The notes under the pieces are model-generated. The model saw only the letters and a program-made list of their open reading frames with translations. It had not been told where the DNA came from and did no database searches. From Squalus acanthias (taxonomy: Eukaryota), in contig CM059430.1 in the NCBI GenBank assembly GCA_030390025.1, forward strand, positions 62,558,001 through 62,622,000: a stretch of DNA of 64,000 nt. The letters run 5' to 3'. Positions 51,247-64,000 of this stretch are shown here, piece after piece (positions within the stretch are counted from its first letter, which is position 1; every line of letters starts with the position of its first letter). The translations under genes and the position numbers were made by a program.

Positions 51247-51855
51247 AATAGGTGTTATACGACCTCTCTTATCAATCAACCATTCCTGATTTATTGCTTT
51301 TTTGCGGGTAAAACTGCAAAGCCTGAGTTTTGTCTTGTGTGTTGCGTTACCGTGTTCTGAAATCGTGTGCAGGCGAATCTAAAGCTACTAAAGCAAATTC
51401 CCCGATTGTTCTCATTAGGCTGTATCTTCAAAAGGATAGTGATTCCAGAGAGTTCTAAGACGACCAACAATAATGAATCCGGGACATACTACTTACTTTG
51501 TGAGACAAGCCCTACAGAGCGTAATGCATTTTTATTGGAGAAAACACCGAACGAAACAGGCCTTTAAAATGCTGACAGTCGTGGATAATATAGATATAAG
51601 CAGGTTGTATCGTTTGGCACGCAACTAGAGAATTAACAAGCCTAAAGAGAGAGAATAGAACTACAACACGCTATCTATAATAGCGTGGCTGCCTCGTCAG
51701 CTATAAGCAACTCGTAGTTTACTTGATGAAGCTGTGAGTATTGAGAAGTAGATCACTTGAATTACCGGGTTAGAACATTGTGTGGCTAGTTACTGGAAGA
51801 AATGCCGCCGAACAGTTCCAGTGACCAAGGGTTTAGCTCCGAATGTAAATATAAT

Positions 51856-52617
51856 GGCCCAGAAATTGGACTTCGATGGTTGCCGCGGGGGTAAGGATCC
51901 CCCGCGATATCGCACTCCGCGCCTGCCTTTATGGTTTTGGCCCACACTAACTTCAATTGCTGGGCCTCTCCCTGGTGCCGGCGCGCAGTGTGTGCGTGTC
52001 CCAGAGGCGCAGTTAGTTCGATGCGAGCTCTGGGACCACGTGGGCCAGTTAGAGCCAATGGCAGCACACCATCTTTCATTCATAGTTTTGACAGGAAGAG
52101 CTGTCAAAGCTATGAATACAACAAGCCCCCAAAAGAACAGCTAAACCTCAATTAAATTAAAAAAAAGCCATCACATTAATAAAATAACTATAGTTAAATA
52201 AATTAACCACTTTAAACAAAAAATTAAATTTTTGAAAATATTTCAATTCTTTTTAAAAGTTATAAAAATAAACTTACCTTTCTTTAAAGTCTCTAAAAAA
52301 GATAAACCTGTTGAAATTTTTTTTAAATAATACTTAATTAACTACTTACCTTGTTAAAAGGGGGTCTTACGCCTGCTTTCTTTATGTGTAAAATCTTCAA
52401 CACTTACCTGCGCGTTCAAACCTGAAAAAAAAACTAAGTGCGCTGCTGCGCACAACCTGTAGCGTGCACGCGGTTCACTTAGGAACCGCCCCTTCGCAAT
52501 ACCCGAAGTGCTGGTTTCCCGCGCATGCACAGTGCATGCAGGAAACCGGCACTTCGGGACCTAATACGCGAGAGTACACAGTGCGTAATCTCCCGTATTA
52601 GGTCTAATTTTCGGGCC
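51856..52617. mobile_element. Harbinger/PIF-type MITE
   Basis: TIRs ggcccagaaattggac / gtctaattttcgggcc; AAT on both flanks (3-bp TSD). Confidence 0.72.
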
Positions 52618-52620
52618 AAT

Positions 52621-53344
52621 GGGCCGGATATTCCGATCCCTACGGGTGGGTACGCCCTGTGCACCCACCCGCAGGGACATCGGAAATGCCGGTTTCAGGC
52701 ATGCACTGCGGATGCGCTGGAAAGCGGCATTTCTGATCTGTCAAGAAAGCTCTTGACAGATCCTCTGGCTGCCCGGGAGATGGGCCTCTGCCGGCGGTGA
52801 GTTCCGCTTTTTGGAGACCCTCCGCCCGCAGAAAACCCTTACAGTTCGTGCGCCTGGTCCCTGCTTTTACCAGGATAAGTGTTGACATTTTTTGTTTCAC
52901 TGATTTATCATTTAAAAATATTTCTAAAAAAGCTAAGTTTATTTTTACCACCGTAAAAAACTTTAATTATTTAAAAAAAAATTAAAGCTTTGTTTAAAAT
53001 AATTAATTTTTTTGCACTTTCAAATCATTTTAAAAATGTGATGTTTCTTAAAATTTATTTAAAGTTTTACTATGTTTTGGGTGTGATCTCCATTCATATC
53101 AGGTCTTCCTGTCAAATGTATGAAGGGAGATTCCCTTCTTTGATTGGCTCCCCATGGCCCACCTGATCCCAGGGACGCTGCCAACTACCTGCGCCTCTGG
53201 GTTACGTGGGCCCTGCGCACCGGCAGTTTGGAGAGGCCCAGGAGCGGAACTGTGCGCCTCCCGGGAGCCCTCAGGTAAGAGCGCAGATTTTTCCAGATCG
53301 TAGTCCTCCGCCCGCGGGAGGCCAGCGATCGGAATATCTGGGCC
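52621..53344. mobile_element. Second Harbinger/PIF-type MITE
   Basis: TIRs gggccggatattccgatc / gatcggaatatctgggcc; same family as the fragments at 14940 and 41450. Confidence 0.75.
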
Positions 53345-53719
53345 ATTATCTCCTTGCTTCTATATTCGATGCCACCAAAATCTAAAGCAAGAAACTCCCT
53401 TTGTATTTTTATTTCGTAATAAACTTCTGTTTCAATCATTCATTGAGGTCTCTCTGCTCCTCTGCAGCATTTAAAATCGTACCATTCAAGAAGCATTTCC
53501 TGTTCCTAAATGTACCTGCAAAAATATACTATTTCACATTTCCCTGCATTCTACAGCAAACATCGATCTGCCCTTCAAACTAGCTGTCGATGTCGTCTGC
53601 AGCATTTCACGATCTGAATCATAATTTCTTTCCCGACTCCCCATAAAGTGTCATTTGCACGTTTTAATGTTGCACCCTCAATTTCCCAGTCAAGATAATT
53701 GATGCATATAATATATAGA

Positions 53720-54680
53720 AGTAGCCCAACATACCATTTCCTTTCCTAATTGCTTGCTGTACCTGCATGTTAACTTTCAGTGATTCGTGTACAAGGACTC
53801 CTGGTCCCTCTGAACACCAACATTTCCCAATCTCGCACCATTAAAAACAAACTCTGCTTTTCTATTTTTTCTACCAAAGTGGATAACTTCACATTTCACC
53901 ACATTATATTCCATTTGCCATGTTCTTGCCCACTAACTTAGTCTGTCTATATCCCCTTGAAGCCTCCTTCCATTCTCCTCGCAACTTACATTCCCAGCCA
54001 GCTCTGTATCATCAGCAAACTTGGATATATTACATTTGGTCTCCTCATCCAAATCATTGATGCAGATTGTGAATAGCTGAGGCCCAAGCATTGATGCTTC
54101 GGTACCATACTAGTTACAGCCTGCCAATCTGAAAATGAGCCGTTTATTCCTACTCTCTGTTTTCTGTCCGTTAACCAATCCTTAATCCATGCTCGTATAT
54201 TACCCCAAATCCCATGAGCCCTAATTTTTTTTAACAACCTCTCCTGTGGCACTTTATCGAATGCCTTCTGAAAATCCAAATGCACCACATCCACTGGTCC
54301 CCCCTTATCTATTCTGCTAGTTAGAACCTCAAAAAACTAAAACAGATTTGTCAAAAACGATTTCCCCTCTCATAAAGCCATGCGGACACTGCCCAATCCT
54401 ATTATTATTTTTTAAGTGCCCTGTTACCAGGTCCTAAATAATAGATTCTAGCAGTTTCCCTACTACTGATGTTAGGCTAACCGGTATGTAGTTTCCCGTT
54501 TTCTCTCTCCCTCCTTTCTTACATAGTGTGGTTACACTTGCCACCTTCCAATTCGCGGGAACCATTCTAGAATCTATGGAATTTTGGAAAGTTACAATCA
54601 CTATCTCTATAGCCATCACTCTTAAAACCCTAGGATGCAGGCCATTAGGTCCACGAGATTTATCGGCTTTTAATAATTTT
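53720..54680 (-). mobile_element. CR1 RT fragment
   Basis: ORFs 53986..54294 (LDFQKAFDKVP) and 54434..54619. Confidence 0.85.
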
Positions 54681-54711
54681 TTTCAGTTCCTTAAGTGTCA
54701 GCTGTGGCTCA

Positions 54712-55690
54712 TAGAGTCATAGAGTTATAGAGCACAGAAAGAGGCCCTTCGGCCCATCGTGTCTGCGCCGGCCATCAAGCCCTGTCTATTCTAATCCCAT
54801 TTTCCAGCACTTGGTCCGTAGCATTGTATGCTATGGCGTTTCAAGTGCTCATCTAAATGCTTCTTGAATATTGTGGGTGTTCCTGCCGCTACCACCCTTT
54901 CAGGCATTAAGTTCCAGGTTCCAACCACCATCTCGGTGAAAAGTTTTTCCTCAAATCCCTTCTAAATCTCCGGCCCCTTACCTTGAAACTATGCGCCCTG
55001 GTTATTGACCCCTCTACTAAGGGGAAATGTTCCTTTCTATCTATCCTATCTATGCCCCTCATAATTTTGGACACCTCAATCAGGTCCCCCCACAGCCAAG
55101 GTAAACAACCCCAGCCTGTCCAGTCTCTCTTCATAGCTGAAGCGCTCCAGCCCAGGTAACATCCTGGTGAATCTCCTCTGCACCCTCTCCAATGCAATCA
55201 CAGCCTTCCTACAGTGTGGCGACCAGAACTGCACACAGTATTCCAGCTGTGGCCTAACTATCGTTTTGTACAGCTCCATCATAACCTCCTTGCTCTTATA
55301 TTCCATGCCTCGGCTAATGAAGGCAAGTATCACATATGCCTTTTTAACCACCTTATCTACCTGTCTTGCTACATTCAGGGATCTATGTAGATGCACACCA
55401 AGGTCCCTCTGATCCTCTGTCATTCCTAGGGTCCTACCATTCATTGTGTATTCCCTTGCCTTGTTAGTCTTCCCGAAATGCATCACCTCACACTTTTCAG
55501 TGTTAAATTCCATTTGCCACTGTTCTGCCCATCTGACCAAACCGTCTAAATCGTCCTGTAGCCTGAGGCTTCCCTCCTCGCTATTTACCACTCCACCAAT
55601 TTTCGTGTCACCTGCGAACTTACTGATCATACCTCCTACATTCATATCTAAATCATTAATGTACACTACAAACAGCAAGGGACCCAGCGC
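54712..55690 (-). mobile_element. 5'-truncated CR1 inserted into a SINE head
   Basis: ORF 55076..55714 (YINDLD, KFAGDTKIGG, VRPQLEYC); catagagt tail. Confidence 0.85.
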
Positions 55691-56142
55691 CCACTCAGTG
55701 AGTAGCACTCTCACCTCTGAGTCAGAAGTATTGTGCCTTCACAATTCCACTCCAGGGACTTGAGCACAAACATCTATGTATCACTCCAGTGCAGTGCAAA
55801 GGGACTGCTGTACTGATGGAGGTGCCGTCTTTTGAATGAGACCGAGACCCCGTCTGAATTCTCAGCTGGACGGGAAAGATCCCATGGCACTATTTCGAAG
55901 ACGGTAGGGGAGTTATCCCGGTGTCCTGGCCAATATTTATCCCTCAATCAACATAACAAAAACAGATTCTCCAGTCATTATCACATTGCTGTTTATAGTA
56001 GCCTGCCGTGCGCCAATTGGCTGTCGCGTTCCCCACATTGCAACAGTGGCTACACTGCAAAAAGTACTTAATTTGCTTTAAATCGTGTTGAGACGTCCGG
56101 CGGTCATGAAAGGCCTGATATAAATGCAAGTCATTCTTTTTT
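55691..56142 (+). mobile_element. tRNA-derived Deu-domain SINE (SacSINE1/AmnSINE1-like); first nucleotides at 54695-54711
   Basis: gtgccgtcttt...aagatcccatggcactatttcgaaga...gtgtcctggccaatatttatccctca recalled as the Deu core; tail tataaatgcaagt. Confidence 0.7.
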
Positions 56143-58479
56143 AAGACGCCTGCATGTGTCCCATTTTTTCTTTTCTCATATATTATATTAAGTATAAGGC
56201 AAACCGCAGAAATGTTTCCTTCATGCATTTTCTGGCGTTACATTTATTGCTGCACACAAATGTTTCAGTACAGTGAAATTGGTTAAATCCGGGACATTCG
56301 ATGCAATTTCCTTATGTACAGCATTATTGTCATATGGATCACATGGGCTCCCAAATTTCAGCTCTGGATAATGTCCAAAATATCAACAGAGTTCGGCTAA
56401 AATGAAGCGCATTTTTTTTAATCGCCGCATAATTGTAACCATTTTTAGAGGAATGTTGCTCATTCAGTTGCAACGAATTACTAATGTGGCATCTGTGAGA
56501 CTAACTCCCCCAGGTTAGGCCATGAATTGGATTCATGCTGCACACTTTATTTATTCGTACCGTACGGTAACGTTGGTTAATTTCCTAGCACTTGATGTCA
56601 TTTCTTCATGTACTACTGAAGGGATAATTACAAGTCCTAGCCCTTTCGGACTACCACAGATCAGGTGTATTCACCAGACGTTTACCTTCAACTAAAGTTT
56701 GCGGTAGCAGGATCCTATAAGACGCTTAATTGGGTTTAAAGGTCAGACTACCTCTCCCTAAAGGAAAGAAACGGTCTAAATATGTTACCGTCCTCCAGAT
56801 AGTACATTTAATAAGTTTAACTAGAGTGTAACCTTCCGGATATTATAAGGGTCCGGAATACCCCCCCGAATTCTGCAACTCCTTTGAGTGCACAGACTTT
56901 GAGTTTGCAAGATGATGCAGAAATACTCTTTGAGACTATTCTAAAAATATATAGATTTCTTACAGAACCGATATTTAGTTAACATTTATTATGGCAATCG
57001 CAACTTTAATCGTTCAAAATACAAATAGCTTACATTATCTTATTCTCAGATCTTTATTCTCAAATCTTAACTACGTTAAATTTCCACACTTCTACTTATT
57101 TCTTAATCCAGAATATCCACCAAAATCAAATAACTTTAGTAGCCGAGACTCCAAAGTTGTAAACTTACAGAGAATGTCTGTAAAGTTGAGAACCGCTTGT
57201 CTTGCCAGCTGCTTCTGACTTTCTCTTTGAAAAGGTCTATTTTTGTATCTTTTTTGGGTGGTTGATCCTTTGAAGTTTTCCTGATGATGTAAGCTTAATT
57301 GTATCAAGTCATTCATTGCTGACTTTGTTCTATTCTTTATTGATATCTCTGTTGAATGCTTTCTGTCTTTACTGTCAATTTAGCCATTGCATGCATAATT
57401 ATGTTTCTAACTTAGATGTTTCAAAAACCATCATAAACACAATGACAGCAATGGTTTCTGTTTCATGCAATTCTTAGGAAGTCTTTCTATTGAATTTCTA
57501 ATACTACTTTAACTGGTCTTTATCGGGCGTTGTGACTCCGTGGTATTCCAAGTTCAATACAAGAACAATGTACTTTTTTGGTGCATCCATTGATGTCATT
57601 TTCAAAGTCTTTCTGTAGGTATCATATTTACAATATGTAAATTGAAAACACTTCTCTAGTATCTTCATGCATTTCTAATTTACTTCAATTGGTTTGTATC
57701 AGACCTTGGGACCCCATCTTTCAAGCTTAATATTAAAACTGATTGTTCAGCATGCGTTTCTTTTACTTGATGTCATTTCTTCAAAGCCTTCTGTTTACAA
57801 TATGTAAATTGAAAACACTTTAACTCAGTGTTTACTTGTTTTCTAGCTCTCTCAATTGATTGCATATTTAATCTTGTTTCCTGTCTTTAAGTTTAACATA
57901 AAACTATTTTACGACAGGTATTTCTTACTTGATGTCATTTTTTCAAAGGCACTTGGTTTTTTTAATGTTCTGTGCACCCGTTCGACGTGTTAGAGTATAA
58001 CACTTTACTTGGGTCATTCCATTGTTTTTCACCCAAACTCTAGACATAGAAGAACCTCCCAATGGTTTGCTTTAATAGGGCATTGTCTTTGTTAATATCC
58101 CATTTCCATATCAAAGCTTGTGTTCACAGCTTTGTGTTAACAAACCATCTTATCTCATAAGCCTGTATTCTGTTTGCAGCCTGTGTCTGCTAAGGCTTAT
58201 GTCTTTTAAACCCAGTATGTCATTTATTAATAATTTCAGAAATTTGTTTTTAGTATCGTGTATTTTTCTGAATCCTGGCTATTACTTCACACTACGATAA
58301 TGTGATATTGATTACATGGTGTCAGAAATTGTATCATCTGGACAAATGTCTAAAATACCAACAGAGTTCGGCCAGTAACGTACAAATTTCTCCATAATTG
58401 TTACTATTTTAAGAGGATTTACTAATTCAAGTTGTTCCTGTCACAGTATTTTACACCTTAGAAATAGAATTTGGAAGTG

Positions 58480-58940
58480 ATAGAATCATAGAATCGTAGA
58501 ATGATACCGCACAGAATGACGCCATTCGTCCCGTCGTGCTTGTGCCAGCTCTTTGGTAGAGCTATCCAATAGTCCCACACCACTGCACTCTTCCCATAGC
58601 CCTGTATTATTTTCCTTCAATTATTTATCAAATTCCCTTTTGAAAGTTACTATTGAAATTGCTTCCGCCACCCTTTCAGGCAGTGCATTCCAGATCACAA
58701 CAACTCACTGCGTAAAAAATGTTTCCTCATGTCGCCTGTGGTTTAACTTAAAATCACTTTACATCGGTGTCCTCTAGTTAGCGATCCTTCTGCCACTGGA
58801 AACAGTTTCTCCAAATTTACTCCAGCAAAAACCGTTCATGATTTTGAACACTTCTAGCAAATCTCCTCTTATGCTTCTCTACACGAAAGAGAACAATCCC
58901 CGCTTCTCCAGTCTTTACGCATAACTGAAGTACCTCAGCA
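58480..58940 (-). mobile_element. CR1 3' fragment
   Basis: tagaatcatagaatc tail and CR1 3' ORF2/UTR similarity. Confidence 0.65.
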
Positions 58941-59129
58941 CTTATATTTGAATTGGTGTCGCCCATGACATACATTCTGATCGCGGATGTTGTGTACAAA
59001 TAAATCTATTAACGCTTACATTTTCATCATTAGCAGCGCTGAACAACTGCAAAAATCACAAACTGATCAGTTCGCAATTGTCTTCTGTTTCTGTAGTTGC
59101 ATTATTAAGTGCCACTAAGGGTATAGCGC

Positions 59130-61320
59130 TCTCCCTGTTCCTTCTGCCAAAATGCACACCTCACACATCTTTGTATTAAATTCCATCTGCCACTTGTCTG
59201 CCCATTTTGCTAGCCTTTCTATGTCCTGTTGCAGTCGATTGGTATCATCCTCACTGTTTGCCACACCCCAAATTTGGTGTCACCGGCAAATTTAGAAATT
59301 CTACTCTGTATTCCAATATCCAGGTCATTTATGTATATCAAAAATAGCAGTGGCCCCAGCACTGACACTTGGGGAGCACCAATGTCTACAATCCTCCAGT
59401 TTGAAGATTTTTGGGTCCCATTTTATGTTACCCGCCATTCCACTCTCATATTCTCTCTTTGCAAATTTATTTTCAGCTTCACTTCCCCTTTTAACTTATT
59501 GTATTTGGCCTGGTTCTCCCATGAAGAATTCACCTGACATTCATCATACACACTCTTTTTTTGTTTCGTCATCTTCTCTATCTCCCTCGTCATCCAAGGA
59601 GCCCTTGCTTTGGTTCCCTTACCCTTCCCTCTTGTTGGAATGTACCTTGCCTGTACTTGGAACATCTCCTCCTTAAAGATCACCCATTGTTCCATTACAG
59701 TTCTTCCTGTCAGTCTTTGTTTCCATTTTACCCTGGCTAGATCCTTTCACATTCCATTGAAGTTAGGCCTATTCCAGTTTATAAGTTCCACTCTAGATTG
59801 TTCCTTGCTACTCTCCATTGCTAATCTAAATCTTATGATACGATGATCACTCATACCCAAGTGTTCTCCCACAGACACTTGGTCGACCTGGCCCACCTCA
59901 TTCCCCAGCGCCAGATCCAGCAATGCCTCCTTCCTAGTTGGGCCAAGAACATACTGGTCAAAGAAATTCTCCTGAACACTTTTCAGAAATTCCTTCTCCT
60001 CCTTTCCCTTTACCCGAGCATTATCCCAATCGATATTTAGGTAATTAAATTCCCCGAATATCACCACTCTATAGCTCTTGCATATCGCTGCGATTTCCCT
60101 GCAGATTTGCTCCTCTAACTCGTTCTCAGTAGTTGGAGGCCTGTAGATTACTCCCAATGGAGTGATCATACCCTTTTTGTTCCTCAACTCTAAACAAATG
60201 GATGCTGTCCTTGTCCCCTCAAGAACATCCTCCCTTTCCAACACTACAATGTCTTCCTTAATCAGCACTGCCACCCCACCTCCCTTTTTTCCCTCCCTAT
60301 CATTTCTGAACACCTTGTACCCTTGAATATTATGTGCCCAGTCCTCACCGTTGTTAAGCCACGTTTCGGTTATTGCCACAACATCTAATTGCCAGACGGT
60401 TAATTGTGCTTGTAGCTCACCAACCTTACGCACCACACTTTGTGCGTTTAAGTACATGCTTTCTAAACCCATTTTTGAATTTTTCGTAGTCTTTCTTAGT
60501 CTGCTCCAATCTAATATGGTACTACTTCTGCCTCTAGTAATACTTTCTTCTCTAGTACTATTCAAAACACTCACTCTTTTCAGCGCCTTATTCCTCTTTC
60601 TATTCCTATATGCTGGCACCCATTCACTTGCCATGCCAGTTTAAACCCTCCTCAACAGCACTACCTAACCTCCCCATGGGAATATTGGTCCCCGCTCTGT
60701 TGAGGTTTAATCCATCCGGTTTGTACAGGGCCCACCTTCCCCAGAAATGGTCCCAATGCCTCACGAATCTACAGACCTCCCTCCTGCACCATCTCTCCAG
60801 CTACGCATTCATCTGTTCTATCCTCCTTATCCTGTACTCACTAGCACATGGGACCTGGAGATTACTACCTTTGTGTTCCTGCTTTTTAATCTCCCTCCGA
60901 GCTCCCTAAAATCTGCCTCCAGGACCTCATCCCTCCTTCTGCCTTTGTCGTTGAGACCGATATGGACAACGACCTCTGGCTTTTCACCCGCAGAGTGTCC
61001 TGCAGCCGCTCAGTGACATCCTTGACCCTGGCACCAGGGAGGCAAAATGCCATCCTGGAGTCACGTCAGCGTCCACCGAAACGCCTATCTCTTCCCCGAA
61101 CCAATGAATCCCCTATCACTATTGCTGTTCCAATCTTCTTCCTCCCCCCCCACCCCGCCCCGTGCAGCTGAGCCACCGGTGGAACCGTGGCCTTGGCTCT
61201 GGCTGATCTCCCCAGACGAGCCATCAGCCATACAAGTTTCCAGAACTGTGAACCGGTTAGCAAGGGAGATGCACTCCAGGGATTCTTGCCCTACCTGCCT
61301 GATCGTCCTTCTCTGTTGTT
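59130..61320 (-). mobile_element. Internally deleted CR1 (ORF1 GDS motif, APE ORF 59747-60634, RT bits)
   Basis: YLNAQSV, AITETW, GGGVAV, IYRPP, LDL..N, SDH APE motifs; IVIGDSLVRG. Confidence 0.85.
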
Positions 61321-61599
61321 AATTTTAAATTGGAGATTGATTGCCTTTTTGTTAAATAAAAGTAATAAGACGTATGGGCCAAAGATGAATACATGGAGTT
61401 AGGGCACAGATCAGTCATGAACTCATTGAATGGCGGAACAGGCTCGAGGGACTCAATGGCCTATTCCTGTTTCTATGTTCCTATGAACCTATGAAGGGGC
61501 CATAGGGATAGGGCAGGAAATATGACAGGACAATGGAGAGAGACACGGCAGTCATGAATGGCGAGTGTTCGGTTAAACAATCTTAGAGTGTTAGGGTTA

Positions 61600-63075
61600 A
61601 AAAGTATTCCAGTACATCTATAACACTGGCATCTATCCGACAATGAGGAAAACTGGCCAGGTATGTCCTGTTCACATCAAGCAGGACAAATCCAACCTGG
61701 CAATTACTGCCCCATCAGTCCACTCTCAATCATCAGCAAAGTGATGGAAGATGTCGTCGACAGTGCTATCAAGCAGCACTTACTCACCAATCACCTGCTC
61801 ACTGATGTCCAGTTTGGGATCCGCCAGGACCACTCGGCTCCAGTCCTCATTACAGCCTTGGTACAATCATAGACAAAGGAGCTGAATACAAGAGGTGAGG
61901 TGAGAGTGACTGCCATTGACATCAAGGCAGCACTTGACCGAGTGTGTCATCAAGGAGCCCTAGCAAAACTGAAGTCAATAGGAATCTGGAGGAAAGCTTT
62001 CCGCTGGCTGGAGTCATACGTAGCACAAAGGAAGATGATTGTAGTGTATGGAGGTCAATCATCACAGCTTCAGAATATCGCTGCAGGAGTTCCTTAGGGC
62101 AGTATCCGAGGCATTCAGCTGCTTCATCAACGACCTTCGCACCAGCGAAAGGTCAGCAATGGTGATGTTCGCAGCCGACTGCACAGTGTGCAGTGCCATT
62201 CATAACTACTCAGATAATAAAGCAGTATATATCCGCAAGCAACAAGAACTGAACGATATTCAGGCGTGGGCAGATAACTGGCAGGTAACAATCACGCCAC
62301 ACAAGTGCCAGGCAATCACTATCGCCAACAAGCGAGCGTCTAACTACCTCCCCTTGACGTTGAACGGCATTACCATCGCCGAATACCCCACCATCAACAT
62401 CCTGTGAATCACCAATGACCAGAAACATAACTGGACCTGCCACATAAATACTGTGGCAACAAGAGCAGGTCAGAGGCTGGGTATTCTGCAGCGAGTGTCT
62501 CAACGCCTCCTGACTCCCCAAAGTCTTTGCACCATTTAAAGGCACAAGTAAGAAGTGTGATTGAATACTCTCCATTTATCCAGATGAGTGTAGCTCCAAC
62601 AACACTCACGAAGCTCGACACCATCCAGAACAAAGCAGCCCGCTTGATTAGCACCCCATCCACCACCTTAAACATTCACTCCCTCCACCACCTGCATACT
62701 TTGGCTGCAGTGTTTACCATCTACAAGATTCACTGGAGCAACTCGGCAAGGCTTCTTCAGCACCACCTCCCAAATCTGCGACCTCTACCACCTAGAAGGC
62801 CAAGTGCAGCAGGCGGAAGGGAACACCACCAACTCCAAGTTCCCCTTCAAGTCATACATCATTCTGACTTGGACGTACATCGCCGTTGCTTGATCGTCGC
62901 TAGGTCAAAATCCTGGAACTCCATCCCCAACGGCAGTGTGGATGTGCCTTCAGCACACGGACTGCAGTGGTTCAAGAAGGCGGCTCACTACCACCTTCTC
63001 AAGGGCAACTAGGTATGGGCAATAAATGCTGGCCTTGCCAGCGACGCCCACATCCGATGAACGAATAACAAAAAA
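61600..63075 (+). mobile_element. 5'-truncated family-B LINE
   Basis: NYCPISPLS, QFGIR, FAADC, KAQVRSV; 3' end aataaatgctggccttgccagcgacgcccacatcc + A-tail. Confidence 0.85.
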
Positions 63076-63505
63076 GGAAAGATTGGATAGGCTGGGGTTG
63101 TTTTCTTTGGAACAGAGGAGGCTGAAGTGGAGACTTAATTGAGGTGTTTTTAATTATAAGGGGTCTTCATAGAGTCGGTAGGAAGCACCTATATGACTTA
63201 GCAGAGAGCCAATTATCAAAGGGCACATATTTAATTAATTGGTAGAAGGATTAGACGGGAGTTGAGGAGAAGTTGTTTCACTCAGAGGGCGTTGGGGGTC
63301 TGGATTGCACTGCCTGAAAGGGTGGTAGAGGCAGAAACCCTCATCACATTTAAAAGGTACTTGGATATGCATTGAAGTGCCGTAACCTGCAAGGCTATGG
63401 ATCAACAGCTGGAAAGTGGGATTAGGCTGGATGGTTCTTTTTCGACCGGCGCAGACACGATGGACCGAAAAGCCTCCTTCTGTGCCATAAATTTCTATGG
63501 TTCTA
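63076..63505 (+). mobile_element. CR1 3' fragment
   Basis: CR1 ORF2 C-terminus/3'UTR ending ttctatggttctat. Confidence 0.7.
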
Positions 63506-64000
63506 TCACTCTTTTCAAATTTTATGGAGAGTTGCTCCATGGCCCCTTGGCCCTTCTGTCCTGATGTGACAACACCCGTTCATCCACATTCTCAATATTT
63601 AGACCAAGTGGACAATCACGGACCGAAGCACGAAAGAGTTGTTCAATTTCCTGAATCTAACCCTGTCGATTTGCAGGACTCTGGGAATTTAAAACCACAC
63701 CATTCTGGGAGGAGAATGCCAACAAGATATCTCGAAGATTGTGTCGTTGTATAACACTTACATCTGATGTGCTTAAATTAGGTTACCGTCATTAAAAAGC
63801 AATAAATGATAACTGATATGTGAACGCCCAAAACAAATGTGCAGAAGGAGGGCAGAAACAGCACCAAAGATGAATTACTAAGAAGGTATTAGAACAATAA
63901 TGCATGTTCAGTCAGTAAACTATAGCCATTAAATAAAGAGGAACTAAATTACTCTACTTGTTTGAAAATCCTTTGTTTTTCGTTTCGCCATTAAGATGAG

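Noticed and set aside
59747-60634. Host endonuclease gene (295 aa)
   Set aside because: It is the APE domain of a CR1 ORF2, flanked by ORF1 and RT remnants.

Overview
Eukaryotic (vertebrate) genomic DNA. The repeat content (many CR1-type LINEs with TTATGTTC/TCTATGTT tails, a Deu-domain SINE, Harbinger-type MITEs) points to a cartilaginous fish (inference). Most of the ORF track is retroelement debris or spurious. The real content is a ~33-kb tandem duplication carrying two spliced, + strand immunoglobulin-superfamily receptor genes. Both have the architecture leader / germline-joined V(J) domain / C1-set domain / TM / cytoplasmic exons. Gene 1 (19021-32478, 7 exons, 375 aa by my exon assembly) has an uncharged TM and a SIRP-alpha-like tail with several ITIM/ITSM-type tyrosine motifs, so it is predicted inhibitory. 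Gene 2 (45553-49987, 5 exons, ~285 aa) has a ~93% identical V exon but a much more diverged TM exon carrying Arg and Asp. Its tail is short, frameshifted and tyrosine-free, and its ITIM exons have decayed, so it is predicted activating. Together they look like a paired inhibitory/activating family of non-rearranging antigen-receptor-like (VJ-C1) molecules. Also present: a decayed class III-like endogenous retrovirus (tRNA-Leu PBS, PPPY, PPT) in gene 1 intron 5, a four-level nested retrotransposon stack, a single-ORF LINE with a tRNA-like head, and a LINE-LINE recombination deletion that distinguishes the two duplicate copies.
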